From an uncultured Gammaproteobacteria bacterium (GTDB lineage Bacteria; Pseudomonadota; Gammaproteobacteria; Ga0077536), in NCBI GenBank assembly GCA_942490995.1, contig CALOBG010000020.1, forward strand, positions 22,004 to 86,003: 64,000 bases of DNA, read 5' to 3'. The notes beneath the pieces are model-generated. The model did no database searches and was not told the origin of the DNA. It was given only the letters and a program-made list of their open reading frames with translations. The translations under genes and the position numbers were made by a program. Shown here piece after piece: positions 9,946 to 18,827 of this stretch (position 1 is its first letter; each line of letters starts with the position of its first letter).

Positions 9946-10968
9946 ATGAAAGTACCGTTCGACAAAGGCGAGGCACGCGCCTGGGCGCGCGAAAATCTCC
10001 ACGGCGTAGCAAATGTGTTGACCCCGACCTTCACGTCCGATCTTTCGACGCTCAACCACGCGGCGACGCGCCACGATATACGCCTGGAAATCGAATACGG
10101 TTTTTGCGGCACACTGATGGTTTCCGAAGTGGCCATAACGCTGGAAGAATACGCTGCTTTCGTCGCGACCGGCGCCGACGAAGCACAGGGGCGCCTGCAT
10201 CTCATCCATCACGCCAGTTTTAATTCGCTCGCCGACAACATCGCTGCCGCGCAACTGACCGAGACGCGCGGGGCGACACTGGCACTACTCGGCTACCCGC
10301 CGACCTTCTACCCGAAATCCGCCGACGAGATCTTCGCCTACACCAAGGCCTTCTGCGATGCGACCAGCCTGGGTGTGATCCTGTTTCCCGTGCCGCTGTG
10401 GGGTTTCGAACGTATCCACCCGTCGGCCGGATTCAGCCCTGAACTGATCGCAAAACTGCTGGACTCGTGTTCGAACATTGTCGCGATCAAGGCCGAAGGC
10501 GGCATGCCGACGGTAGGCGGATTCGTCGATGTGTACAACCGTTTCGCTGACCAGGTCATCGTCATCGAGCCGATCGAAGGTAACGGACTGCCGCTCGCCA
10601 CACTGCTCGATCTTCAGTTCATGGGCACCAGCAACTACGAGTATTTCGGTGCCAAAATCCCGCGCATCTTCGGGCTCATACGAGCCGGGAAACACAACGA
10701 GGCGATGGACGAATATTGGAAGATATTTCCTGGTCGTCAGGCCAGTACTCAGGCAATGGCGGTTCTGGCGGGCTCCAACTTTCTGCACCGCATGCTGTGG
10801 AAATACCAGGGCTGGCTGCAGGGTTTCAACGGCGGACCGCTACGGGCACCAAGCATGCGACTGGTCGACCGGCAGATGCAAGCGCTGCGACACGGCTTGC
10901 TTGCCAGCGGATTTACGATCGAAATTGAAGATGACGCCGAATTTTTTGTCGGCCGTAACCCCGCCTGA
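9946..10968 (+). CDS. DapA/NAL-family protein (hydratase-aldolase-like, NahE-type position)
   Basis: Dihydrodipicolinate-synthase-family-like pattern (GTLMVSEVAITLEEY; IKAEGG). Sits in an aromatic catabolic context. Confidence 0.6.
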   Translation: MKVPFDKGEARAWARENLHGVANVLTPTFTSDLSTLNHAATRHDIRLEIEYGFCGTLMVSEVAITLEEYAAFVATGADEAQGRLHLIHHASFNSLADNIAAAQLTETRGATLALLGYPPTFYPKSADEIFAYTKAFCDATSLGVILFPVPLWGFERIHPSAGFSPELIAKLLDSCSNIVAIKAEGGMPTVGGFVDVYNRFADQVIVIEPIEGNGLPLATLLDLQFMGTSNYEYFGAKIPRIFGLIRAGKHNEAMDEYWKIFPGRQASTQAMAVLAGSNFLHRMLWKYQGWLQGFNGGPLRAPSMRLVDRQMQALRHGLLASGFTIEIEDDAEFFVGRNPA

Positions 10969-10980
10969 GGCCTACTGTCC

Positions 10981-11967
10981 ATGCCGCTGATACTCAATCC
11001 CGCCGAGGTTCGCGCCGCGAGCGACATGAGCACGATGATCGAGGTCATCGAGGCAGGGCTCCGGGAGCAGGCCGAGGGCGGCGTTGAACTACCGCCGCGT
11101 CAGAATCTCGTCACGTCGAATGGATTTTTCCGCGTCATGCCGTGCGTGATGCGCGCGGGTGGGCGCATGGGTATCAAAATATTCAACGGCTCGGTGGAGC
11201 ACGGCGTACGTTATGTCATTCTGATCTACGATGAACCCGGCGGCGAATTGCTATGCATGATGGACGCCGCTTACCTCACTGCCGCGCGGACCGGCGCAAC
11301 CACCGGCATTGCGACGCGACTGCAGTCACGCCCCGACGCGGCCACGGTCGGCGTTATCGGATCCGGGCTCGAGGCGCGTACGAACTTCGCCGCGGTGTGC
11401 GCAGTACGCGATATCGTTTCGGCCAAGGTGTTTTCGCCCAACCCAGCGAACCGGGAACGATACGCTCGCGAGATGAGCGCGGAATTCGAGGTCGATGTGC
11501 GCGCCGCCGACTCGGCGGAAGATGCGGTCCGGGGCAGCGATATCGTGGTCGTGGCGACCAATACCACGGGCCGTGGCGACCTCATTGCCTACCGCGGCGC
11601 ATGGTTCGAAGACGGCCAGCACGTCAACTCTATCGGTGCGACCGGCGGGCATCTGCGCGAAATCGACCCGTCCGCGTTTGAGCGTGCCGAACGGATCCTG
11701 GTCGACACTGCGGTCGGGGTCAAAGAAGAATCCGGCGACGCCCTCGCGGCACTTGAGGCGGGTACTTGGGACAGCGCTAAAATCGTTGAACTACCGGCTG
11801 CGGTGGCCGGCGTCGCGGTGCGAGATTCAGCGCTCCAGCGTACGCTGTTCAAATCGGTCGGTACGGGTGTGCAGGATGTCATGGCCGGATTCTGCGTGTA
11901 CGAGCAGGCTCTGCGACTCGGCCTGGGTACCGAAATCGAAAGTTTCCTCGAACACAAATTATTCTGA
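10981..11967 (+). CDS. Ornithine cyclodeaminase / mu-crystallin family protein
   Basis: Whole-length resemblance to the OCD family (MPLILNPAEVRAA...; Rossmann segment VIGSGLEA). Confidence 0.8.
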   Translation: MPLILNPAEVRAASDMSTMIEVIEAGLREQAEGGVELPPRQNLVTSNGFFRVMPCVMRAGGRMGIKIFNGSVEHGVRYVILIYDEPGGELLCMMDAAYLTAARTGATTGIATRLQSRPDAATVGVIGSGLEARTNFAAVCAVRDIVSAKVFSPNPANRERYAREMSAEFEVDVRAADSAEDAVRGSDIVVVATNTTGRGDLIAYRGAWFEDGQHVNSIGATGGHLREIDPSAFERAERILVDTAVGVKEESGDALAALEAGTWDSAKIVELPAAVAGVAVRDSALQRTLFKSVGTGVQDVMAGFCVYEQALRLGLGTEIESFLEHKLF

Positions 11968-12003
11968 ACCACCTCCGGCGCTGCGCGCCGATCAGGGTAT
12001 CCC

Positions 12004-12582
12004 TTACACGATACCCAGCGCGCGCCGCAGCCGGTCCTTCAGCGCCGGCCCGTCGCGCGGCGGCAGCACCATGCCAGGATTGGCGGGGTCGACTTTGAAC
12101 ACGCCCAGCAGCGGTGCATCGGCGCCGTGCAGGCGCCGGCGGAACTCACGGACCCCGAGCATGTCCTCAACCAGCACGGCGGACGCTATGCCGGCACCGC
12201 GCGCGACGGCGACAAGATCGGTGTGCCCGGCGGTGTGGGTGAGCTGGTCACCGGTTTCGCCGTAGCGTTCGTTGTCGATCACGGCGATGGCCAGATTCGC
12301 CGGCTGCTGTGCGGCCACGGTCGCCAGCGAGCCGAGCCCCATCAGCATTTCGCCGTCCCCGGTCACCACCAGTATTCGCCGGCCGGGCTGCGCGAGGGCC
12401 AGTCCGAGACCGGTCGAAACCGCCAGCCCCATGCCGCCCCATAAATAGAAATTGTGGTCGTCGTCGCCCAGCGCGGCAGCATCCCAGGTGGTTCCGCCCA
12501 GTCCGCTCACCAGCAGCAGTGAACCACGCTCGCGAAGGAGTTCGGCGACCACCGCGCGGCGCTGAAGGCGGGTACCAGTCAT
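12004..12582 (-). CDS. TPP-dependent decarboxylase, beta subunit (sulfopyruvate/phosphonopyruvate decarboxylase ComE-like)
   Basis: TPP-binding GDGEMLMG motif. ATGA overlap with the upstream alpha subunit. Start taken at MTGTRL rather than the longer ORF. Confidence 0.75.
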   Translation of the reverse strand: MTGTRLQRRAVVAELLRERGSLLLVSGLGGTTWDAAALGDDDHNFYLWGGMGLAVSTGLGLALAQPGRRILVVTGDGEMLMGLGSLATVAAQQPANLAIAVIDNERYGETGDQLTHTAGHTDLVAVARGAGIASAVLVEDMLGVREFRRRLHGADAPLLGVFKVDPANPGMVLPPRDGPALKDRLRRALGIV

Positions 12583-13118
12583 CGCCGGAATGCCTTGGCC
12601 CCGATTAGGCGCTGGGCGAGCAGCACCGCGACCGGTGCGCCACCGGCAAAACACTGCGTGCCGGCGGCCAGGGCGGTGTCATAGGCATCAGCGGCCTGCT
12701 CCAGGCGCATGACCTTCACCCCCAGGGTTTCGAGTACCGGCGTCACCGCGCTGCCCATAGGAACCTGCCACGGATTCCCTTCACCCCATTCGCCGCGCAT
12801 GGTGATCAGCATCAATAGCGGCAGGCGACAGGCCTGGGTCAGCGAAGCGATCGCATTGACGCAGTTGCCGACCCCGCTCGATTGCATTAACAGCACGGCG
12901 CGCGAGCCGCCCAGCCAGGCGCCGGCACACAGCGCAACCCCTTCCTGTTCGCTGGTCAGCGCGACGCCGCGCATGGCCGGATCGCCAAGCACCTGCTCGA
13001 GCAAAGTCTTGTGACCGGCATCGGGCACATAGGCGACCTGGCTGATCTCGAGCGCGGCCAGGGCACGATGCAGATCGTGTGGCCAGGCCGGCGCCCGACT
13101 GCCGGTCATAGCCGGCAC
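12579..13118 (-). CDS. TPP-dependent decarboxylase, alpha subunit (ComD-like)
   Basis: N-terminal pyrimidine-binding-domain-like sequence. Split alpha/beta arrangement is characteristic of the ComDE family. Confidence 0.75.
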   Translation of the reverse strand: MPAMTGSRAPAWPHDLHRALAALEISQVAYVPDAGHKTLLEQVLGDPAMRGVALTSEQEGVALCAGAWLGGSRAVLLMQSSGVGNCVNAIASLTQACRLPLLMLITMRGEWGEGNPWQVPMGSAVTPVLETLGVKVMRLEQAADAYDTALAAGTQCFAGGAPVAVLLAQRLIGAKAFRR

Positions 13119-13362
13119 CGGTCACGATTCGAGCGCGCCGACCGCGATGGCTGCAGCAGCGGTGCGCAATTCACGGCACAATGTCGGCCATCCGCGCGGG
13201 TTCGCACACCCACCCCCGGCTGCCGGTCAACGCCAACCGGCTGGTGCCGGGATACCCGCTTCGCCATCTCTGTTTACCCGAGGCCATATGCCGCCCGCAC
13301 CGTGCGCGCGATCGCGGTGGATTGTACCGAGCCGTTCCGACAGGAAGAAGCACCACACTGTT

Positions 13363-14583
13363 ATGACCTACGATCAAAGCCGCCGCACGGTTGCTATCGC
13401 GCTCACGGCAACCACCGGCGTACAGGCGCTGGTGACCATGGTCACGTTGACGGTGTCAGTGATGGCGCCGCAGATCGCCCGCGAACTGCAGGTAGCGCCG
13501 GCCGCGATCGGCATCTATGCGTCATTGTGTTACGTCGGCGCCATGGCCGGTTCGCTGACCGCCGGCGGCTTCGTGCTGCGCTACGGTGCGGTACGCTTTT
13601 CGCAACTGCTCATGATCGGCTGCGCGCTGGCCCTGCTGATCGGACTCGGCGCGCACTGGATGGCGTTCCTGCTGTCCGCGTTGCTGTGCGGACTGGCCTA
13701 TGGACCGACGACCCCGGCCAGCAGTCAGATCCTCGCCCGCCACACGCCACCGCGTTACCTGTCCTTGAGTTTTTCCGTCAAACAGACCGGTGTACCCCTC
13801 GGCGGTCTGCTTGCCGGCCTGCTGGTCCCGGCACTGCTCGGCGTGCTCGACTGGCGCGGAGCACTGGTCGTGATCGCTGGCGTGGTAGCCGTCGCGAGCA
13901 TCGCGCTGCAACCGCTGCGGGCACGCTTCGACCACGGTCTTGAATCGCGCGCGCCGCTGTTGCGCGGCAATATCCTCGCGCCGCTACGGCTGGTTTTTTC
14001 ACGCCCGGAACTGCGACTACTGGCCATCGCAACGTTCTTTTTTTCCGCCACCCAGCAGTCGTACATCTATTTCCTGGTGACCGTTCTCGAGACTGGCAGC
14101 GGCTGGAGCAATCGACACGCCGGCCTGGCATTGTCTTGTGTCGGCGCTGCCGCGGTCGCTGGCCGCATTGCCTGGGGCAGACTCGCCGACGTCAGCGGAC
14201 GCAGCCAGTGGCTGCTCGCCCTGCTGGCGCTGGGCATGGCCGCCAGCGCGGCGGCAACCGGGCTGGTCAACGCCGCCTGGCCGGCGTGGTCGGTATTCGC
14301 CTTGTGTGCGCTGTTCGGCGCCACCGGCGCTTCGTGGAACGGCGTCTACCTGGCCGAGATCACGCGTCGCGTGCCGCCTGCGGAGGTCAGTCGCGCAACC
14401 GGCGGGGGTTTGTTCGTGACCTTCGCCGGGGTTGTGGTTGCACCGCCGTTGTTCGGTCTGGCGGCGACGATGAGCGACAGTTTCACGCCCGCCTACCTGG
14501 TCCTGGCCGCGGCGACCGCCGTTATCGGCATCGTGCTGCTGCGCGCCGAGGCGGCGCAGCGTGCACCGAGCGCGGCGCCCTGA
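13363..14583 (+). CDS. MFS transporter
   Basis: 12-TM hydrophobic profile. Start at MTYDQS inside the longer ORF that opens at 13147. Confidence 0.8.
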   Translation: MTYDQSRRTVAIALTATTGVQALVTMVTLTVSVMAPQIARELQVAPAAIGIYASLCYVGAMAGSLTAGGFVLRYGAVRFSQLLMIGCALALLIGLGAHWMAFLLSALLCGLAYGPTTPASSQILARHTPPRYLSLSFSVKQTGVPLGGLLAGLLVPALLGVLDWRGALVVIAGVVAVASIALQPLRARFDHGLESRAPLLRGNILAPLRLVFSRPELRLLAIATFFFSATQQSYIYFLVTVLETGSGWSNRHAGLALSCVGAAAVAGRIAWGRLADVSGRSQWLLALLALGMAASAAATGLVNAAWPAWSVFALCALFGATGASWNGVYLAEITRRVPPAEVSRATGGGLFVTFAGVVVAPPLFGLAATMSDSFTPAYLVLAAATAVIGIVLLRAEAAQRAPSAAP

Positions 14584-14591
14584 GTTTACAT

Positions 14592-15242
14592 ATGCCGAGA
14601 GCAGTATCAGAATTGCGCTCCGTTCCCGATCCCGGAGACAGGCTATTGCACTGGCGATATGCGGTCCTGGTTGCGCTCTCGACAGCGCTGCTCGCGGCGT
14701 CGAATGTGGCCGCCGAACAACAGCCAATCGATGTCCTGCGCGAACATATCGCGGCCGGCATCGCAGTGCTGACCGCCGCCGAGCGCCGCGACAGCGACAC
14801 CGAGCGCGAGCAACTGTGCGCGCTCACACGCGAGATGTTCGATGTCGATGCGTTTTCGCGACTCGCACTGGCGGGCAACTGGAAAACGTTTTCGGCGACC
14901 GAACAGGCCGAGTTTGTCAGCGTGTTCGGCGAGTTTCTGTGCCGCTACTATATTTCGCGCCTGCAGGCGCGTTATACCAGCGAAGAGGTGCGTTTCCTCG
15001 GTCAGACGTTCAGCGCCGAGAATCGCGCCAGCGTCAAGGCCAGCGTGACCTGGCAGGACCTCGAGGTCCCGGTCGAAGTGCGCATGGTGCGGCGTGACGG
15101 TCGCTGGAAAGCTTACGACCTGGTGGTCGCCGGCATCAGCGGCGTCCTCGTCTACCGCGCGCAGTTCGAAGCGACATTACTGCAGTCCACACCTCGCGAT
15201 CTGATCGCCGATCTGCGTCGACGCATCGAGGAACAAGGCTGA
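14592..15242 (+). CDS. MlaC/Ttg2D-like periplasmic lipid-binding protein
   Basis: Motifs conserved in the toluene-tolerance Ttg2/MlaC family (FSRLALAGNWKTF...FVSVFGEFLCRYY). Signal-peptide-like N-terminus; start codon uncertain. Confidence 0.6.
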   Translation: MPRAVSELRSVPDPGDRLLHWRYAVLVALSTALLAASNVAAEQQPIDVLREHIAAGIAVLTAAERRDSDTEREQLCALTREMFDVDAFSRLALAGNWKTFSATEQAEFVSVFGEFLCRYYISRLQARYTSEEVRFLGQTFSAENRASVKASVTWQDLEVPVEVRMVRRDGRWKAYDLVVAGISGVLVYRAQFEATLLQSTPRDLIADLRRRIEEQG

Positions 15243-15318
15243 AATAGCCGGCGCTGTCGTTGCGCCACCGTAAGGGCTCTGCAACCATGTACGCTGGTCG
15301 CCGAATGAGTCAACCCTC

Positions 15319-16080
15319 ATGAACACAGGACACCGGGTCGCCATCGTCACCGGCGCGTCACGCGGCATCGGTCGCGCGATTGCCCTGCGTCTCGCCGCCG
15401 ACGGCGCGCGGGTTGCAATCAACTATGCCAGCCATGGCGAGGCCGCCGCCGAGGTCGCCGAAAAAATTGCCGGCGCGGGCGGCGAGGCGATGCTGATCCA
15501 GGCCGATATCGCAGACCCACAGGCGGCCGGGGAAATTGTGCGTCAGACCCTGGCCCGCTGGCGGCATATCGATATCGTGGTCAACAACGCCGGTATCTCG
15601 TCGAACGACACTTCCATCGCCGACACCGATTTCGAAACCTGGCAGCGCATGCTGGACATCAACCTCAACGGCGCTTTCCATATGGTGCGCGCCGTGATCC
15701 CGCATATGCGCGAACGTCGGGTCGGACATATCGTCAACCTGTCTTCAAACGTGACGCAACGCATGCCGGCCTCGTTCGGCCCTTACACGGTCTCGAAATC
15801 GGCGCTCGAAGCGCTGACCCGCATTCTGGCCAAGGAAGAGGGCCGCTACGGGATCCGGGTCAACGCCATCGCGCCCGGCCCGATCATGACCGAGATGCTC
15901 GCTGCACTGCTGCAGGAAATGGGCGAAGACAAGGCCCGCGCCTTCGTCCAGTCCGTGCCGCTCGGGCGCACCGGCGAACCGGAAGAAATTGCCGCGATGG
16001 TGGCCATGCTGGTTTCCGCGACCGCGAGTTTTCTCACCGGGCAGGTGATTTACGTCAACGGCGGTGGTCCCGGCGGCTGA
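15319..16080 (+). CDS. SDR-family oxidoreductase (FabG-like)
   Basis: TGASRGIGRA and NNAG motifs. 253 aa. Confidence 0.85.
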   Translation: MNTGHRVAIVTGASRGIGRAIALRLAADGARVAINYASHGEAAAEVAEKIAGAGGEAMLIQADIADPQAAGEIVRQTLARWRHIDIVVNNAGISSNDTSIADTDFETWQRMLDINLNGAFHMVRAVIPHMRERRVGHIVNLSSNVTQRMPASFGPYTVSKSALEALTRILAKEEGRYGIRVNAIAPGPIMTEMLAALLQEMGEDKARAFVQSVPLGRTGEPEEIAAMVAMLVSATASFLTGQVIYVNGGGPGG

Positions 16081-16094
16081 ATGCGGGCGGTCAT

Positions 16095-16727
16095 TCAGCG
16101 AACATCGTTCGCACACAATAACGCGACAGCGTGATCGGCCATGCGCTCGAGTGCGGCGCGCGATTCTCCCGCGCGTGCGCGCAAGGCCAGGGAGTGGAGG
16201 ACGGCCTGAGCGATCCGCGCCGCTTCAGTGGCGGAAACACGCGCCGGGAATTCGCCGACTTTCTGGGCCGCCGCGAAGCGCGCGGCCAACATCGTATCGA
16301 CTTCGGTCAACACCGCACGCATATCGGCACGGATGTCGGCGTGGCTCAGGGCTTCGACCGGCGCGGTACAGAACACGAAGCAGCCGGGCGCCGGCCGACG
16401 CTGGAAATAGACATCCAGTCCGCCGGCGTAGAAATTCTTAAGCGCAGTGGCCAGGTCATAATCTTCGCCAAGGACAGCAGCCATTTCGGCGCGCATCATG
16501 GCCGTGAAATGCGCAAACGCGTGGCGGTAAATCGACTCCTTGTTGCCGAACGCGTTGTACAGGCTCGGCCGGTTCATGCCCATCGCCGCGGCCAGGTCGT
16601 CGAGTGAGGTCGCGGCAAACCCGCGTTCGAGAAACACCGACATCGCCTGACCCAGCACGACCTCGGGCTCGAACTGTCGCGGGCGCCCGCGCGAACGCCG
16701 AGGCCCTGGAGTACCGGTACTGGTCAT
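16095..16727 (-). CDS. TetR-family transcriptional regulator
   Basis: N-terminal TetR HTH (GRPRQFEPEVVLGQAMSVFLERGFAATSLDDLAAAMGMNRPSLYNAF). Confidence 0.85.
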   Translation of the reverse strand: MTSTGTPGPRRSRGRPRQFEPEVVLGQAMSVFLERGFAATSLDDLAAAMGMNRPSLYNAFGNKESIYRHAFAHFTAMMRAEMAAVLGEDYDLATALKNFYAGGLDVYFQRRPAPGCFVFCTAPVEALSHADIRADMRAVLTEVDTMLAARFAAAQKVGEFPARVSATEAARIAQAVLHSLALRARAGESRAALERMADHAVALLCANDVR

Positions 16728-16827
16728 GCTCGACAGTTTATATGCCGCTTTGCATAAAAATAAACCGGTGTTGTCCGGCAGCCCCTCCGCTGGCGCCGCT
16801 CGTACCCGCCATCACCACGACCTGATT

Positions 16828-17685
16828 TCAGGGCCGCCGGCGCACCACCAGGGTAATGCCGGCACAGACCAGCGCGCCGCCGACGAAGTGATACGGCTGT
16901 ACGCTTTCGTCAAGCATCAGGACCGCAAACCCGGTCCCGAATACCGGCAACAGGTTGATGAATATCGAGGCCCGGCTCGGGCCGACCACGCCAACCGAGA
17001 TGTTCCACATCGTGGTCGCCAGCAGGGTCGGGATCAGGGCCATGTAAAGGACCGCGCCGAGGACCGGCAGGTGGCTTTCGAATGGCGCCACGAACAGCGT
17101 TTCGAGAATATAGAACGGCACCAGCACCAACAGGCCGCCGAGCGCGGTGAGGTACATCATCAGGACCGGCGGCAGCCCTTTGATCCAGTGATGCAGGTTA
17201 ATCGCATAAAGCGCGTAGAAAACCACCGCGAGCAAAACCAGTACGTCGCCGGGATTAAGCGACAGCTCGATCAGGACCGTTACGTCCATGCGCGCGACCA
17301 TCACCACCATGCCGGCCGCGGCGGCGGCGATGCCGAGGATCTGCACCGGCGCCAGGCGTTCGCGCAGCACCACCCATGCCAGCACCGCGGTGACGGTGGG
17401 CTGCGCTGCGCTGACCAGCGCGGCGTTGGTCGCGGTGGTGTATTGCACCGACCACACCAGCAACGTACTGCCGCCCGCCATGAACAGGCCGAGCAAGGCA
17501 AAATGACCGAGCCGGGCGCTGATATAGGGCCAGTTGCGCAGCAACTGACGTCCGGCCAGCGGCGTCAGCACCGCCACCGCAACCGCCCAGCGCCAGAACG
17601 AAAACCCGATCGGCGGCGTGAGTTCGTGGACACCGCGTGCGACGATCACACCGGACGCCCACAGCATCATCACTATCGTCAACAT
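16828..17685 (-). CDS. DMT-superfamily (EamA-like) transporter
   Basis: Ten hydrophobic helices with duplicated EamA-like halves. Start at MLTIVMM inside the longer ORF. Confidence 0.75.
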   Translation of the reverse strand: MLTIVMMLWASGVIVARGVHELTPPIGFSFWRWAVAVAVLTPLAGRQLLRNWPYISARLGHFALLGLFMAGGSTLLVWSVQYTTATNAALVSAAQPTVTAVLAWVVLRERLAPVQILGIAAAAAGMVVMVARMDVTVLIELSLNPGDVLVLLAVVFYALYAINLHHWIKGLPPVLMMYLTALGGLLVLVPFYILETLFVAPFESHLPVLGAVLYMALIPTLLATTMWNISVGVVGPSRASIFINLLPVFGTGFAVLMLDESVQPYHFVGGALVCAGITLVVRRRP

Positions 17686-17894
17686 GGTGTAGGCCGTGCG
17701 CGCAGGGAGCACGGCCTGGCGCTCGGTGTGGTTCAAAGCGGATCGCCCACGAGCGCAACGGCAGTGGCTGGCGACTTGACTAGCTGTCCGCGGCGGGCAA
17801 TAAATGGCGCTCGGATGGCAGGAGCGACAGTGCCGCGGCGGCGGCCCGGGCTCCGGCCACAATCGTAGTTCGAACTCGAAAACTGGGAGCCACC

Positions 17895-18308
17895 ATGATC
17901 ACCAAGGGCATCAAAGAACTCTGCGCCGAAGCTGAACAAGAAATCGAAACCCTGAGCGTTGAACAAGTGATGGCAGTCAAGGATGATCCCGATGTTCAAC
18001 TCGTAGACATCCGCGACATCCGCGAACTGTGGCGCGACGGCGCGATTCCGGGCGCCTCGCACGCACCGCGCGGCATGCTCGAATTCTGGGTCGACCCCGC
18101 CAGCCCTTATCATCGCGAAGAATTCGCCTCAGGGAAAAAATTCATTTTCTATTGTGCCGGCGGCATGCGCTCGGCGCTCGCGGCGCAGTCCGTGCACCGT
18201 ATGGGACTGGCGCCGGTTGCGCACATGGCCGGCGGTTTCGGCGCCTGGGTCAAAGCGAACGGCCCGGTCGAAGAGAAAGAAGCCAAGCTGCCGCAGAAAA
18301 AATCCTGA
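17895..18308 (+). CDS. Rhodanese-domain sulfurtransferase
   Basis: Active-site loop FYCAGGMRS. Confidence 0.8.
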   Translation: MITKGIKELCAEAEQEIETLSVEQVMAVKDDPDVQLVDIRDIRELWRDGAIPGASHAPRGMLEFWVDPASPYHREEFASGKKFIFYCAGGMRSALAAQSVHRMGLAPVAHMAGGFGAWVKANGPVEEKEAKLPQKKS

Positions 18309-18353
18309 GCGATGGACTGCGCGGGCGCCCGGAGCCCGCGCAGTCCGCTAAGC

Positions 18354-18728
18354 TTAGAATTTCAGGCCGGTCCCGGCGCTGAACTGATTCATACAGAAGT
18401 AGTCGCGCCAGGCGGTGATCTTGCCGTCCTTGACTTCGAATACACCGGCCACCGGCAGGCCGTAGGCTTTACCGGTCGGCGGGTCGAAATAGTCCAGCCT
18501 TTCGTTCATGACCAGGTCGCCGACCGCGACCTGCTTGAGGGTCTCGATACGCACCGGGCCGGTAACCTCAAAAAATCCCGCCAGGGTTGCGCGCACACCT
18601 TCGGGGCCGTGGACCGGCGGAAACGGCATGTTCTGGTAAACGCAATCGTCGGCGATGTAGCGCAGCGACTTTTCGAGGTCATCATTCAGCGCGGCGCAGA
18701 AGGCGTTGACGGTTTCTTCCGGGCTCAT
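18354..18728 (-). CDS. SnoaL-like / limonene-1,2-epoxide hydrolase-family protein
   Basis: 124-aa NTF2-fold-like sequence resembling limonene-1,2-epoxide hydrolase proteins. Confidence 0.65.
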   Translation of the reverse strand: MSPEETVNAFCAALNDDLEKSLRYIADDCVYQNMPFPPVHGPEGVRATLAGFFEVTGPVRIETLKQVAVGDLVMNERLDYFDPPTGKAYGLPVAGVFEVKDGKITAWRDYFCMNQFSAGTGLKF

Positions 18729-18827
18729 GGCGGTTACTCCTGGTGGGAACTAGGTGAGGCGGCAGTGTAGCCGCAGGCAGGCAGCGGGCAAAGCGTGGCG
18801 CGCTGCAGCCGGTCTCGAATCGTCTGC

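Noticed and set aside
14017-14727. 236-aa minus-strand ORF and the 14136..14592 upstream part of the plus-strand ORF
   Set aside because: They overlap the end of the MFS gene. The MlaC-like protein most plausibly starts near 14592, after the MFS stop. The upstream part is out of register with any conserved sequence.
16726-17868. 380-aa plus-strand ORF
   Set aside because: Antisense to the DMT/EamA transporter gene. Low-complexity Arg/His/Gln-rich translation, typical of a high-GC shadow ORF.
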